Made by a program: the position numbers and the translations under genes
Assembly (NCBI GenBank): GCA_944321295.1
Contig: CALUKU010000013.1
Coordinates: 3,317 to 67,316, forward strand
Direction: 5' to 3'
Origin: an uncultured Prevotella sp.
GTDB taxonomy: Bacteria; Bacteroidota; Bacteroidia; Bacteroidales; Bacteroidaceae
Length of the DNA stretch: 64,000 bases
Notes under the pieces: model-generated
What the model was told of the DNA's origin: nothing
Databases searched by the model: none
What the model saw: only the letters and a program-made list of their open reading frames with translations
Shown here: in pieces, positions 1 to 9,356 of the stretch
How the letters are laid out: every line of letters begins with the position of its first letter
Position numbering within the stretch: position 1 is the first letter of the stretch

Positions 1-294
1 CACGTGTATGGTTTCCTTCAGTCTGTTACAAAGAAGGTAAGAGTAAGTTGGCTGTTCCACGGCGTTGCCGTTGCGCAGCTCGTTGACGTGCTTTACGAGC
101 AGACGCCAGTCGAAGGCGTCCGGGTGGTCGAAGTTTATCGCGCGGCGCTCTTCCTCGGTCATGTCAGACGTGTCGTTGTAGTATGAGTCGAGCGGCACTA
201 CTACCACATGGTGCGGCGGCAGGGCCTCGGCTATCTTCTTCACTACGGTGGTCTTGCCCGAACCTGTGCCGCCGGCTATTCCTATTATAGTCAT
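1..294 (-). CDS. udk: Uridine kinase, N-terminal part (runs off window)
   Basis: Manual translation of minus strand from ATG at 294: MTIIGIAGGTGSGKTTVVKKIAEAL...LDSYYND...NFDHPDAFDW; P-loop and uridine kinase motifs. Absent from ORF track because truncated. Confidence 0.93.
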   Translation of the reverse strand, partial: MTIIGIAGGTGSGKTTVVKKIAEALPPHHVVVVPLDSYYNDTSDMTEEERRAINFDHPDAFDWRLLVKHVNELRNGNAVEQPTYSYLLCNRLKETIHV

Positions 295-388
295 GTCAAT
301 CTTGTTTTTAAGGCTTTATTCAAGCCATAAAATTACTGCTTTTTGTCTGATTGGACAACTTTTCAGCCTTATTTTATGGAAAAAAGGA

Positions 389-949
389 TTATTCCAGGAT
401 TTTCTTATAATATTCAGCCTTCCACTCAACAGGGCGTGGATAGGCGCGTGACGACGAAGGCATGCGCCACACTTTTATTTTCCTGCCTGCGTATTCCGTG
501 TCGACGCATCCGCCTACGGGCAGCGCTTCGCAGCCGATTGAGGCTTGCAGGGTTTCAGCCGACTTCTGCCCGGTGGCGATTATCGAGCGGCACTCGGGCA
601 GTTGTTCCAGCAGGGCGGCGATATTTGTAGGGCGCACAATTTGCAGGAAATTGTCAGAGGCGTTGTTCTTCAGGCGTACAACCTCTTCGGCTGTGTCGTA
701 CAGGGCAATGCCGTAGTCGCAGCAGAACAGTTCAATCTTTTCACGGTCGAAACGTTTCTCGTCGGGCACGGCAAAATAATTCTTGTCGCCTTTGGCTATA
801 TAGCCCCAAATGCGCCAGAAGTCGTTGGTCCAGTTGGGGTAGAAAAATTCCATGCACCACCTTGCCTTGGGAGGCGGGAAACTGCCAAGTATCAGATACT
901 TAGCTCCTTTAGGAAGGAAGGGCTTAAGCGGGTGTTGTTCTTTATTCAT
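389..949 (-). CDS. Uracil-DNA glycosylase superfamily protein
   Basis: Motifs LILGSFPP, FFYPNWTNDFW, MPSSSRA. Start placed at ATG 949 because the upstream ORF extension to 991 is made of octamer repeat sequence. Confidence 0.8.
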   Translation of the reverse strand: MNKEQHPLKPFLPKGAKYLILGSFPPPKARWCMEFFYPNWTNDFWRIWGYIAKGDKNYFAVPDEKRFDREKIELFCCDYGIALYDTAEEVVRLKNNASDNFLQIVRPTNIAALLEQLPECRSIIATGQKSAETLQASIGCEALPVGGCVDTEYAGRKIKVWRMPSSSRAYPRPVEWKAEYYKKILE

Positions 950-960
950 TTTTTTTATTG

Positions 961-1063
961 GCAGACGAGTGACTGGCAGATGAGTTATCAATCAAAAACA
1001 GACAAGTGACAAGCAACTTGGCAAATCTTCTTGTCTGCCCGTCTGCTTGTCACTTGTCTGCTT
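961..1063. repeat. Inverted cluster of GCAGACAA-type octamer repeats
   Basis: gcagacgagt/cagacaagtgacaagc facing cttgtctgcc/gtctgcttgtcacttgtctgctt. Confidence 0.7.
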
Positions 1064-1072
1064 ATATAAAAT

Positions 1073-2122
1073 CTATTTCTGTTCTTTTACGAGGTAAATT
1101 ACTACCGGCAGGTGGTCGCTGTAGCCGTCGAGCCATATTCCGCTTGAGTGGGTGCGTTTGGGCGTACCCTTGTAGCGGCCTTCGTTGTTCATCAGGTAGT
1201 CGCGGCGGAATATCTGGTTTTTCCAGAATTTAAGCGTTGAGAAGTCTTTGCCGCCTTTCTTGTTAACCATGTTCGGCGTGATTACGATCTGGTCGAAAAG
1301 GTTCCATGAACCTTGGTATGAAAGCGTGCCTGTGCCTTGTTTTACAAGCAGGTTGTACCACGGGTTGTACATCTTGCCGTCCGTCACGTCCTTTACGTCG
1401 CCCACTGCGCCGAGCACTTCCTTCATGCTCTTGTTTGTTGGGTCGTCGTTCATGTCGCCCATAATCATGACCTTTGTGTCGGGATTAACTCTCAGTAGCG
1501 AGTCCTTGATGGCTTTCACCTGCGCGGCGGCACATTCGCGGTATGACGGGCCGGCGAAGCGGCTCGGCCAGTGGCACACGATTACCGCCACGGGCTCACC
1601 CGCCATCGTGCCGCTGACGGTAAGGAAGCCGCGCGTCTTATAGTCGCTCTTCATTGATGCGTCGGGCACGTAGGGCAGCAGCTTAGACTCCTTAACCTCG
1701 AACAGTGCGGGGTTGTAGAGCATGGCGCAGTCAATGCCGCGGGCGTCAGGCCCCTCGATGTGTACATACTTATATCCGCGCGCACGCAACGGCTCCTGTG
1801 CCGTGAGGTCGTCAAGCACTTTTGAATTCTCTACTTCAGAAAGTCCTATTATTGCGCAGCCTACGGTCGGCAATACGTCTGTGCCCATGTCGGCTATGGC
1901 GCGCGCCATGTTGCGCAGCTTGTGGGTGTATTTCAGTCCGTTCCAGCGGTATGAGCCGGTCGGCAGGAACTCGCTGTCGTTCTTGCCTGCATCGTGGCAT
2001 GTGTCGAACAGGTTCTCCTGATTGTAGAAACCTACGGCGTAAACCGAATACTTCTTTTGTGCCTGCACGCATGTCGTGGCGAGCAGCAGCGATAATAAAA
2101 TGAATATGTGAAGTCTTTTCAT
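1073..2122 (-). CDS. Secreted endonuclease/exonuclease/phosphatase (EEP) family protein
   Basis: Signal peptide; FYNQENLFD, GLSEVEN, HWPSR, GDMNDDP, LFDQI, GYSDHLPV motifs. Confidence 0.88.
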   Translation of the reverse strand: MKRLHIFILLSLLLATTCVQAQKKYSVYAVGFYNQENLFDTCHDAGKNDSEFLPTGSYRWNGLKYTHKLRNMARAIADMGTDVLPTVGCAIIGLSEVENSKVLDDLTAQEPLRARGYKYVHIEGPDARGIDCAMLYNPALFEVKESKLLPYVPDASMKSDYKTRGFLTVSGTMAGEPVAVIVCHWPSRFAGPSYRECAAAQVKAIKDSLLRVNPDTKVMIMGDMNDDPTNKSMKEVLGAVGDVKDVTDGKMYNPWYNLLVKQGTGTLSYQGSWNLFDQIVITPNMVNKKGGKDFSTLKFWKNQIFRRDYLMNNEGRYKGTPKRTHSSGIWLDGYSDHLPVVIYLVKEQK

Positions 2123-2228
2123 AACTCTTATTGATTTTTCTGCAAAGATAGCTCAACGGGGTGAGAAATCAAAATTATGAAGCTTGTTTTTTGCCTGCGC
2201 ACGGTTTGGTAACGATATTGTAAAGTTT

Positions 2229-2454
2229 AGCAGACGAGTTGACGAGCAGACAAGCAAACAAGCAGACAAGCAGACAAGCAGACAAGCAAACAAGCAGACA
2301 AGTAGATTTGCCTTGCAGATAATAACCTGCAAGCTTGTTGACTTAAAAAACTCGTTTACTAATAACTTGTCTGCTTGTTTGCTTGTCTGCTTGTCTACTT
2401 GTCTGCTTGTCTACTTGTCTGCTCGTCACTTGTCTGCTCGTCACTTGTCTGCTT
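2229..2454. repeat. Two inverted tandem arrays of octamer (ACAAGCAG)n / (CTTGTCTG)n
   Basis: About 9 units at 2229-2306 and about 10 reverse-complement units at 2365-2454. Confidence 0.9.
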
Positions 2455-3529
2455 TTATTTTTATCGAGCGGTTAAGCGCAAGGTTGAGTCCTATATAAGT
2501 CAGCACGTCGATTACGAATACCCATGTGTTGGCAATGACTTTCAGCATGAAATGGTTGGCGGCGATATAGGCCAAGGCTATAGCCACGATGCACGCCAGC
2601 GTCTGGTGTTGTGTCAGTCCGGCGCGCATGAACTTATGGTGGATGTGCCTCTTGTCGGCTTTGAACGGCGAGCCGCCGTGCCATATCCTGACGACGAACA
2701 CGCGCACTACGTCGAACATCGGCACGAGCAGCAGCGTGAACGGCATGATGAAGTCGAAATCATGTTTTATGATTACGTTGGGATTGTTCATGGTGTATTT
2801 CACGCAGAGCACGCCGAGAATGAAGCCCAGCGTTAGGCTGCCGGCGTCGCCCATGAATATCTTGCGGTTCTTAGACGCGTCGCCGAAGAGGTTGAAATAC
2901 AGAAAGGCCGTAAGCACGCCTATCATTCCGGCTATTAGTATGGCGTAAGTCCATACGCCCTGCGACGCGAAGATGTAAAGGAAGCCGGCGAAGGCTATTA
3001 TCGACAGGCTTGCCGCCAGGCCGTCAATGCCGTCGATTAGGTTGATTGCGTTGTCGATGAACACGATGATGAGCACCGTCAGCGGGAAGCCTACGGCGTA
3101 AGGTATTTGGTGTATGCCCATGAAGCCGTAAAAGTCGTTGACGTACAGATAGGCGGCGGGCAGCAGGCATGCAGCCAATACTTGCACGGCGAACTTTATG
3201 CCGGGCGGAAGTCCCAGCACGTCGTCGACAATGCCCATGGCATAAATAAGGAGTATGCTTATTAGGAAATAAACGCTCCAAAGGTTGATGGAGATAAGCC
3301 TGCCGCCGGAGTTAATCACGGCTACGGCTATGGTGAAGGCTATGAGCATGCTCGGCACGAACGCCACCCCGCCGAGCCTCGGCACGGCGTTGCTGTGCAC
3401 TTTGCGCGCGTTGGGCAGGTCGTACAGGTTTTTTGACTTGCAGAAGTTCAGGATGACAGGGATGAACGTCAGTCCGCAGGCGGCGCTGATGACGAACACC
3501 ACAACTATCCATAAAACATATGTGCTCAT
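2441..3529 (-). CDS. MraY/WecA-family polyprenyl-phosphate GlcNAc-1-phosphate transferase
   Basis: Multi-TM; PRLGGVA, GIVDD, NAINLIDGIDGL, KIFMGDAGSL, DKRHIHH motifs. Confidence 0.9.
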   Translation of the reverse strand: MSTYVLWIVVVFVISAACGLTFIPVILNFCKSKNLYDLPNARKVHSNAVPRLGGVAFVPSMLIAFTIAVAVINSGGRLISINLWSVYFLISILLIYAMGIVDDVLGLPPGIKFAVQVLAACLLPAAYLYVNDFYGFMGIHQIPYAVGFPLTVLIIVFIDNAINLIDGIDGLAASLSIIAFAGFLYIFASQGVWTYAILIAGMIGVLTAFLYFNLFGDASKNRKIFMGDAGSLTLGFILGVLCVKYTMNNPNVIIKHDFDFIMPFTLLLVPMFDVVRVFVVRIWHGGSPFKADKRHIHHKFMRAGLTQHQTLACIVAIALAYIAANHFMLKVIANTWVFVIDVLTYIGLNLALNRSIKIKADK

Positions 3530-3752
3530 AATCTTCTATATCCGATTCAGGGCTATGACAATGCCTGATACTTGTTATATAACATGCAAAACCTTAAAAT
3601 ATTGCACGAAATATTAAAATTTTTAATCCGTGCCGCCGCTTAAGATGTTGCCATACGGCCTTATTGCCTTTAGCCTTCAGAGCCGGTAAGTGTAATATGT
3701 TTGCAATGTCTTTTACTCTCTTTACTTTTTTACACCTTAAATTATATACGCA

Positions 3753-3780
3753 ATAAAGCACCGCCTGGGCGGTGCTTTAT
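3753..3780 (-). terminator. Hairpin terminator directly after the ssrA 3' end
   Basis: ataaagcaccgcc / ggcggtgctttat 13-bp inverted repeat. Confidence 0.75.
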
Positions 3781-3781
3781 G

Positions 3782-4179
3782 TGGAGCTGGAGGGATTCGA
3801 ACCCTCGTCCAAACAGGGAAACCATATGCTTTCTACACGCTTATTCCGGCCTTCGGTTTTCGTGCTGCCGCAAGACCCGGACCACCAACGGCAACCTTAT
3901 CCCCTGAATTTTCACCGTGTGCGCGGGGCCGCGCGCGGCTATTCCCGATTTAACCGCACCGCCTTGTCGGAACGCTTCGGGACGATAGCTTCCGGGCGAT
4001 GTCTCGTCCTGTCACCTTGTGACTGGATTAAGCCAGTAATCTACTATGCTTCGATTAGGCAGCGAGAGCGTATTTGTTTTCGCCAGATAAATTTATGACC
4101 GCTGAGATTTAGGAGCAAACAGACGACGCTCCGCGTGCTTACATACCATTCCAACCCGCTGTCAAATCCGGTCAACCCC
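3782..4179 (-). ncRNA. ssrA: tmRNA
   Basis: 5' GGGGTTGACCGGATTTGACAG, 3' T-arm and acceptor ...GGTTCGAATCCCTCCAGCTCCA; tag ORF 4084-4055 = GENKYALAA*. Confidence 0.97.
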
Positions 4180-4208
4180 GTTGCGACATACGTGCGGAAC
4201 ACGCAATT

Positions 4209-4224
4209 TATCTTTGCAAAGATA
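4209..4224. promoter_or_regulatory. Palindromic double -7 box TATCTTTGCAAAGATA; minus-strand box is the likely ssrA promoter
   Basis: Matches Bacteroidota TAnnTTTG on both strands, about 37 bp upstream of the mature tmRNA 5' end. Confidence 0.65.
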
Positions 4225-4409
4225 CATATTTAATATGTAACGCATGGCTTTAATATAGTTGTTTTAGCATTGTTTAACTGATTTTGCCGGGTGGACGCTG
4301 CGGCATTAGCATCGTTTGATATCATTATATATGGTAATAAACGTATAAATGATGAATGTCTGTCATGCACTTATGCTGCGGATGAATTTCGTGTCATAAG
4401 CTTTTATGT

Positions 4410-4475
4410 TGCAAAAGCTTACCTTTTAGAGCGTGAAAGGCGGTCTTTTGCACGATAAAAGACAGCCTCTTATAA
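4410..4475. repeat. 22-bp-period palindromic array (3 units)
   Basis: tgcaaaagcttaccttttagag / cgtgaaaggcggtcttttgcac / gataaaagacagcctcttataa. Confidence 0.7.
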
Positions 4476-4627
4476 TGCTCTGGTTTACAAGAGGTTATGA
4501 TGAAGGCTGTTGCCTGCGGTGAATAAGTCTGTTGCATGGTGTCTGTCAATGTGTTGATGGAAGCTTGACAGACCGTCACGTAAGTAAAAATACGCCGATG
4601 ATGGCCGTCTATTAAAATAAATTGTGC

Positions 4628-4635
4628 TATCTTTG
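4628..4635 (+). promoter_or_regulatory. -7 promoter box of the polysaccharide locus
   Basis: TATCTTTG 49 bp upstream of the GTG start at 4684. Confidence 0.6.
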
Positions 4636-4683
4636 CAACAATTTTCGGATTTTAGGGTTATATATTAGGAAAAACAAGTAAAA

Positions 4684-5325
4684 GTGGACACCGTATACAG
4701 CGAAGAAACAAACCTTGCCGTGAGCGGGCGCGACGCCATGGGCGCCGCGCAAAGGGCCGTTAAGCGGGCCTTCGACTTTGCGGCGGCCCTTGTAGGCCTG
4801 GTCGTGCTGTCGCCGCTGTTCCTTGTCATTTATGTTATGCTGAAGCGGCAGAAGAACGGGCCTGTGATATTCTCCCAAGAACGCATAGGTTACGGCGGAC
4901 GGCCGTTTACGATATACAAGTTCCGTACGATGAGCAGCGTTGAAACGGCGCCCCGCCTCACTCCGGGCAACGGCGGCCCCGGCTCTACCGTTACGGAGCG
5001 CTTCCTGCGCGAGCACCATCTTGACGAGCTGCCACAGCTGTGGAACGTGCTTAAGGGCGACATGTCGTTCGTAGGTCCGAGACCGGAGCGCAAGTATTAC
5101 ATCGACAAGATAATGACCGTTGCGCCCGAGTATGAGCTTATTTACCTGATGCGCCCCGGGCTGACGTCGGAGGCGACGCTCTACAACGGCTACACCGACA
5201 CCATGGAGAAAATGCTCATCCGCCTGCGCATGGACTTGCATTATCTTGAAACACGCTCGCTCAGGCTCGACCTGAGTATTATCTTGCGCACGGCGCTGAG
5301 CATTGTCAGCGGTAAGAAATTCTAA
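4684..5325 (+). CDS. Bacterial sugar transferase (initiating phosphoglycosyltransferase)
   Basis: KRAFDF, FSQERIG, YKFRTM, LDELPQLWNVLKGDMSFVGPRPE, MRPGLT motifs. Confidence 0.93.
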   Translation: MDTVYSEETNLAVSGRDAMGAAQRAVKRAFDFAAALVGLVVLSPLFLVIYVMLKRQKNGPVIFSQERIGYGGRPFTIYKFRTMSSVETAPRLTPGNGGPGSTVTERFLREHHLDELPQLWNVLKGDMSFVGPRPERKYYIDKIMTVAPEYELIYLMRPGLTSEATLYNGYTDTMEKMLIRLRMDLHYLETRSLRLDLSIILRTALSIVSGKKF

Positions 5326-5365
5326 CTTTCGTAACATATCCTTATTTGCATAAACAAACTTGAAA

Positions 5366-7957
5366 ATGAGAAAGTTCTTCATATTGGTTATTCTTTCCGT
5401 CCTGTTGCCCGTCGTGGCCCAGGCCCAGTCGGGCATGACAGACGAGCAGGTGATGAAGTTCGTCGTAGAGGAGAACTCATCGGGCACTCCGCAGGCGCAG
5501 ATCGTTACTAAGCTTATGCAGCGCGGCGTTAACATAGAGCAGATTCGCCGCGTAAGGCAGAAGTATGAGCGCCTGGCCAAGAATCAGGGCCTCGGCGCCG
5601 TCAGCGCAGGACAGGACGACGGCAAGGACAAACGGCTGCGTAAGAACAACGCGAAAACGAAGAAAAAGAAAACTTACGAAGAGGATGACGACGAGGATAG
5701 ACCGTCGTACCGCCTGAAGGACACGCGCGACGACGACGATGACGAGCCTACGACGTATGACGAAACCAACGACGACTGGTTGATGATGCAGGACGAGCTG
5801 AACGAGTTCGTGCCGGACACGGCGGCCATAGTAGAGTGGTATATGAACCGCGATAAGAAGAAAAAGAAAATAAAGGTGTTCGGCCGTGACATATTTAATA
5901 ATAAGGAGCTGACCTTCGAGCCGGAGATGAACATCGCTACGCCGCAGAACTACCGCCTCGGTCCCGGCGACGCCGTTTTTATTGACATTTACGGCGCCTC
6001 GCAGAAGACGATAGAGGCTACCGTGTCGCCCGACGGCATGGTGACGATTGAGGGTTTCGGCCCTGTCAGCGTGGGCGGCATGACCGTTGAGGAGGCCAAC
6101 GCCCATCTGCGCCGCACTCTCGGCGCCCGATACAGCAGCTCGAAGGTGCGCCTGACGGTAGGACAGACGCGCTCGATAATGGTCAACGTCATGGGCGAGG
6201 TTAAGAATCCGGGTACGTTCACGCTGCCCGCTTTCGCCACGGTGTTCCACGCCCTCTATATGGCCGGCGGAACCAACGACCTCGGAACGTTGCGCGACAT
6301 CAAGGTTTATCGTAACAACCGCCTCGTTTCCACCGTCGATATTTACGACTACATACTCAACGGCAAGCTCACGGGCAACGTGCGCTTGGCCGAGGGCGAC
6401 GTCATCTCGGTAGGTTCGTATGACTGCCTTGTCAACATCACCGGTAAGGTGAAGCGTCCGATGTATTACGAGATGAAGCGCAGCGAGAGCGTCGCCACGC
6501 TTCTTAAGTATGCCGGCGGATTTACCGGCGACGCCTATAAGAAGTCGGTGCGTCTGGTGCGCAAGGCCGGAAAGGAATACTCCGTTTACAACATTGATGA
6601 GTTCGACATGGGCACGTTCACTCTCGCCGACGCCGACTCGGTTAGTGTAGACTCAATCCTGCCGCGCTTCTCCAACATGGTTGAAATCAAGGGTGCCGTG
6701 TTCCGTCCGGGCATGTATCAGGTTGGCGGCGACATCAACAGCGTGCGCACGCTCATCGAGTATGCCGACGGCCTGCGCGAAGAGGCCTTCACGGCGCGCG
6801 CCGTCATGCACCGCATGAAGCCCGACCGCACGCTTGAGGTTGTGCCGGTCGACGTTGACGGCATACTGTCGGGCCGTGTGGCCGACATTCCCCTGCAGAA
6901 GGACGACGTGCTCTTCATCCCCACAAAGCAGGAGATGATGGAGGAACAGACTATAACGATACACGGCGAAGTGTTCTATCCCGGTGTCTACAAGTATGCC
7001 GACAACGAAACGCTTGAGGACTTCGTCCTGCAGGCAGGCGGACTGAAGCAGACCGCGTCGACGGTGAAGGTCGACGTGTCGCGCCGCCTCGTCAATCCGA
7101 AGGCGCTCACCACTGACACCATTATAGCCCGCACCTACACCTTCGCCCTTAAGGACGGCTTCGTGATTGACGGCGAACCCGGCTTCAAGCTAATGCCGTT
7201 CGACGAGGTCTACGTGCGCAAGAGTCCCGGTTTTTACAAGCAGCAGAACGTTGAGGTTGAGGGTGAAGTCATGTTCGGCGGCACGTACACGCTGTCGAAG
7301 AAGAACCAGCGCCTCAGTGACCTTGTAAAGAACGCGGGCGGACTGAACGACCGCGCCTATGCTGCCGGTGCGCGCCTTGAGCGCAGGCTCAACGAGAGCG
7401 AGCGCAAGCGATACGAAATGATTCTGCAGATGGCGCGCGAACAGGCCGAGAATCTTGAGCTTGAGGCCGCCAGCCAGAACAAGCAGATAAAGATAGACGA
7501 GAAAGACAGCGAGAAGCTGAAAAAATACGAGGTGCCCGAAACCTACTCGGTTGGTATAGAGCTTGACAAGGCCTTGGCCGAGCCGGGCTGCGACGCCGAC
7601 ATCGTCTTGCGCGAGGGCGACCGCCTCATCGTGCCTCAATACACCGCCACCGTTAAGATTAACGGCGAGGTGATGTATCCTAACACCGTAGGTTACCAGA
7701 AGGGCAAGAAGGCAAGTTATTACATCGACCAGGCCGGAGGCTACAGCAGCCGTGCCAAGAAGAGCCAGGCTTACATCATCTACATGAACGGCACGATTGC
7801 CAAGGTCAGCAAGGGCGCCAAGCCGTTGCCCGGCTGCGAGATATTCGTTCCTGAGAAGAACGTATCGGCAATGACACTTGCCGAGAAGATGTCGCTCGGC
7901 ACGACGGCCGCCTCAATCGCGACTATGATAGCCACACTCGTCAACATCCTGCAGTAA
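5366..7957 (+). CDS. Polysaccharide export protein (Wza/KpsD-like) with multiple SLBB domains
   Basis: Signal peptide; YRLGPGDAVFIDIYG Poly_export motif; repeated GEV..PG.Y SLBB motifs. Confidence 0.88.
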   Translation: MRKFFILVILSVLLPVVAQAQSGMTDEQVMKFVVEENSSGTPQAQIVTKLMQRGVNIEQIRRVRQKYERLAKNQGLGAVSAGQDDGKDKRLRKNNAKTKKKKTYEEDDDEDRPSYRLKDTRDDDDDEPTTYDETNDDWLMMQDELNEFVPDTAAIVEWYMNRDKKKKKIKVFGRDIFNNKELTFEPEMNIATPQNYRLGPGDAVFIDIYGASQKTIEATVSPDGMVTIEGFGPVSVGGMTVEEANAHLRRTLGARYSSSKVRLTVGQTRSIMVNVMGEVKNPGTFTLPAFATVFHALYMAGGTNDLGTLRDIKVYRNNRLVSTVDIYDYILNGKLTGNVRLAEGDVISVGSYDCLVNITGKVKRPMYYEMKRSESVATLLKYAGGFTGDAYKKSVRLVRKAGKEYSVYNIDEFDMGTFTLADADSVSVDSILPRFSNMVEIKGAVFRPGMYQVGGDINSVRTLIEYADGLREEAFTARAVMHRMKPDRTLEVVPVDVDGILSGRVADIPLQKDDVLFIPTKQEMMEEQTITIHGEVFYPGVYKYADNETLEDFVLQAGGLKQTASTVKVDVSRRLVNPKALTTDTIIARTYTFALKDGFVIDGEPGFKLMPFDEVYVRKSPGFYKQQNVEVEGEVMFGGTYTLSKKNQRLSDLVKNAGGLNDRAYAAGARLERRLNESERKRYEMILQMAREQAENLELEAASQNKQIKIDEKDSEKLKKYEVPETYSVGIELDKALAEPGCDADIVLREGDRLIVPQYTATVKINGEVMYPNTVGYQKGKKASYYIDQAGGYSSRAKKSQAYIIYMNGTIAKVSKGAKPLPGCEIFVPEKNVSAMTLAEKMSLGTTAASIATMIATLVNILQ

Positions 7958-7993
7958 TGACGGCACGGCGTGAACTGCAACAACCATTTTTAT

Positions 7994-9349
7994 ATGGACG
8001 ACAAGGATTTAAGACAGCATGACGAAAGCAGCAGGCGAACGAAGTTGCTGAAGCATAACATCGTAGCTTCCTTTGCTATAAAGGGATGGTCTGTCGCCAT
8101 GCAGTTCCTGCTCGTACCGCTTACGTTGCATTGCCTCGGCGCCTATGAGAATGGACTTTGGATGACGATAAGCTCGATGTTGTTGTGGATTGATAATCTT
8201 GACATAGGCCTCGGCAACGGCCTGCGCAATAAGTTGGCCGAGCATTTGGCCCACAACGATATCGACAAGGCCCGCCGAGTGGTGGCCTCCACGTTCTTCA
8301 TGTTGATTGTCTTGATTGTGCCGGTATGTGTGCTGATAAACATTTTGATATGGAACGTCGACGTTTATTCATTCTTCAATGTTGATGATAAGATTGTAAA
8401 CGACCTGCGCACTGTGCTGTCGCTGACGACCATCATGGTTTGTTTTACGTTCGTATTCAAGTTCATCGGCAACTTCTATATGGGGTTGCAGCTGCCCGCC
8501 GTAAACAATTTGTTTGTCGCCCTCGGTCATACCCTTACCGTGCTTGGGGTCGGTGCGGCGTATCTTTGCGGCAGCAGGTCGTTGCTGCTGATAGCGGCTG
8601 TTTACACAGTGTCGCCGCTGTGTATCTATCTTATCAGTTATCCGGTGACTTTTTACGGAAGGAAATATTCACAGTTGCGTCCCAAATTCACGAATGTTAC
8701 ATCCTCGATGGTTAAGGAGCTGCTTAACATAGGTGTAAAATTCTTCGTCTTGCAGATAGCCGGCATAGTGCTGTTCATGTCGTCAAATATCATTATCTCA
8801 CGGCTGTTTTCGCCCGACATGGTTACTCCTTATCAAATATCTTACCGCTATTTCAGCGCAGTGCTTTTGGTGTTCACCATCATCTGCGTGCCATATTGGA
8901 CGGCAACCACCGACGCCTATCAGCGTAAGGATAAGGAATGGATAATACGTTCAAGCAGGATTCTTAACCGTCTGATTGCCTTTGCGGCCGGACTTATGGT
9001 AGTTATGGTAGTCCTGTCGAAGCCGGTATATAAAATATGGATTGGCGATGTCGTTGAAATTCCGTTGCCCATGACACTGTTCATGGCGCTGTATGTTATG
9101 ATCTTGACTGTGAGTTTGCGCTATTCTTACATCCTGAACGGCTTTGGAACACTTAACTTGCAGCTTATAATGACGGTGCTCGCAGCTGTCTTATTTATAC
9201 CTATATCCATTTGGGTAGGCACTGCGACAAAAGACATAAATTATCTGTTCGTTGTTATGTGCTTGGTACATCTGCCGGGACTTATCGTCAATTACGTGCA
9301 ATATCATAAGATAATCAACGGCAAGGCGAAGGGTATCTGGATTAAATAG
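7994..9349 (+). CDS. Wzx-type polysaccharide flippase (MATE-like)
   Basis: About 12 TM segments; DIGLGNGLRNKLA motif; position within the polysaccharide locus. Confidence 0.8.
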   Translation: MDDKDLRQHDESSRRTKLLKHNIVASFAIKGWSVAMQFLLVPLTLHCLGAYENGLWMTISSMLLWIDNLDIGLGNGLRNKLAEHLAHNDIDKARRVVASTFFMLIVLIVPVCVLINILIWNVDVYSFFNVDDKIVNDLRTVLSLTTIMVCFTFVFKFIGNFYMGLQLPAVNNLFVALGHTLTVLGVGAAYLCGSRSLLLIAAVYTVSPLCIYLISYPVTFYGRKYSQLRPKFTNVTSSMVKELLNIGVKFFVLQIAGIVLFMSSNIIISRLFSPDMVTPYQISYRYFSAVLLVFTIICVPYWTATTDAYQRKDKEWIIRSSRILNRLIAFAAGLMVVMVVLSKPVYKIWIGDVVEIPLPMTLFMALYVMILTVSLRYSYILNGFGTLNLQLIMTVLAAVLFIPISIWVGTATKDINYLFVVMCLVHLPGLIVNYVQYHKIINGKAKGIWIK

Positions 9350-9356
9350 TAATGTT

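Noticed and set aside
2184-2498. ORFs with QTSKQADKQ / LVYLSA repeats (also 2375-2836 N-terminus)
   Set aside because: Translations of the octamer repeat, not credible proteins.
4541-4573. Inverted repeat as an invertible-promoter boundary of the polysaccharide locus
   Set aside because: The arms enclose only 15 bp and do not flank the -7 box at 4628.
4627-5580. 317-aa minus-strand ORF over the sugar transferase, and similar long antisense ORFs (5477-6250, 17096-17851, 20616-21590, 35259-36104, 36840-38027, 42246-43049, 47100-48101, 50991-51581, 57021-57929)
   Set aside because: Shadow frames of well-supported genes on the other strand; no motifs; expected from GC3-biased codon usage.
5640-5870. 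Lys/Asp-rich low-complexity tract in the Wza-like gene as a separate element
   Set aside because: In-frame and consistent with a disordered linker; no DNA-level repeat unit.
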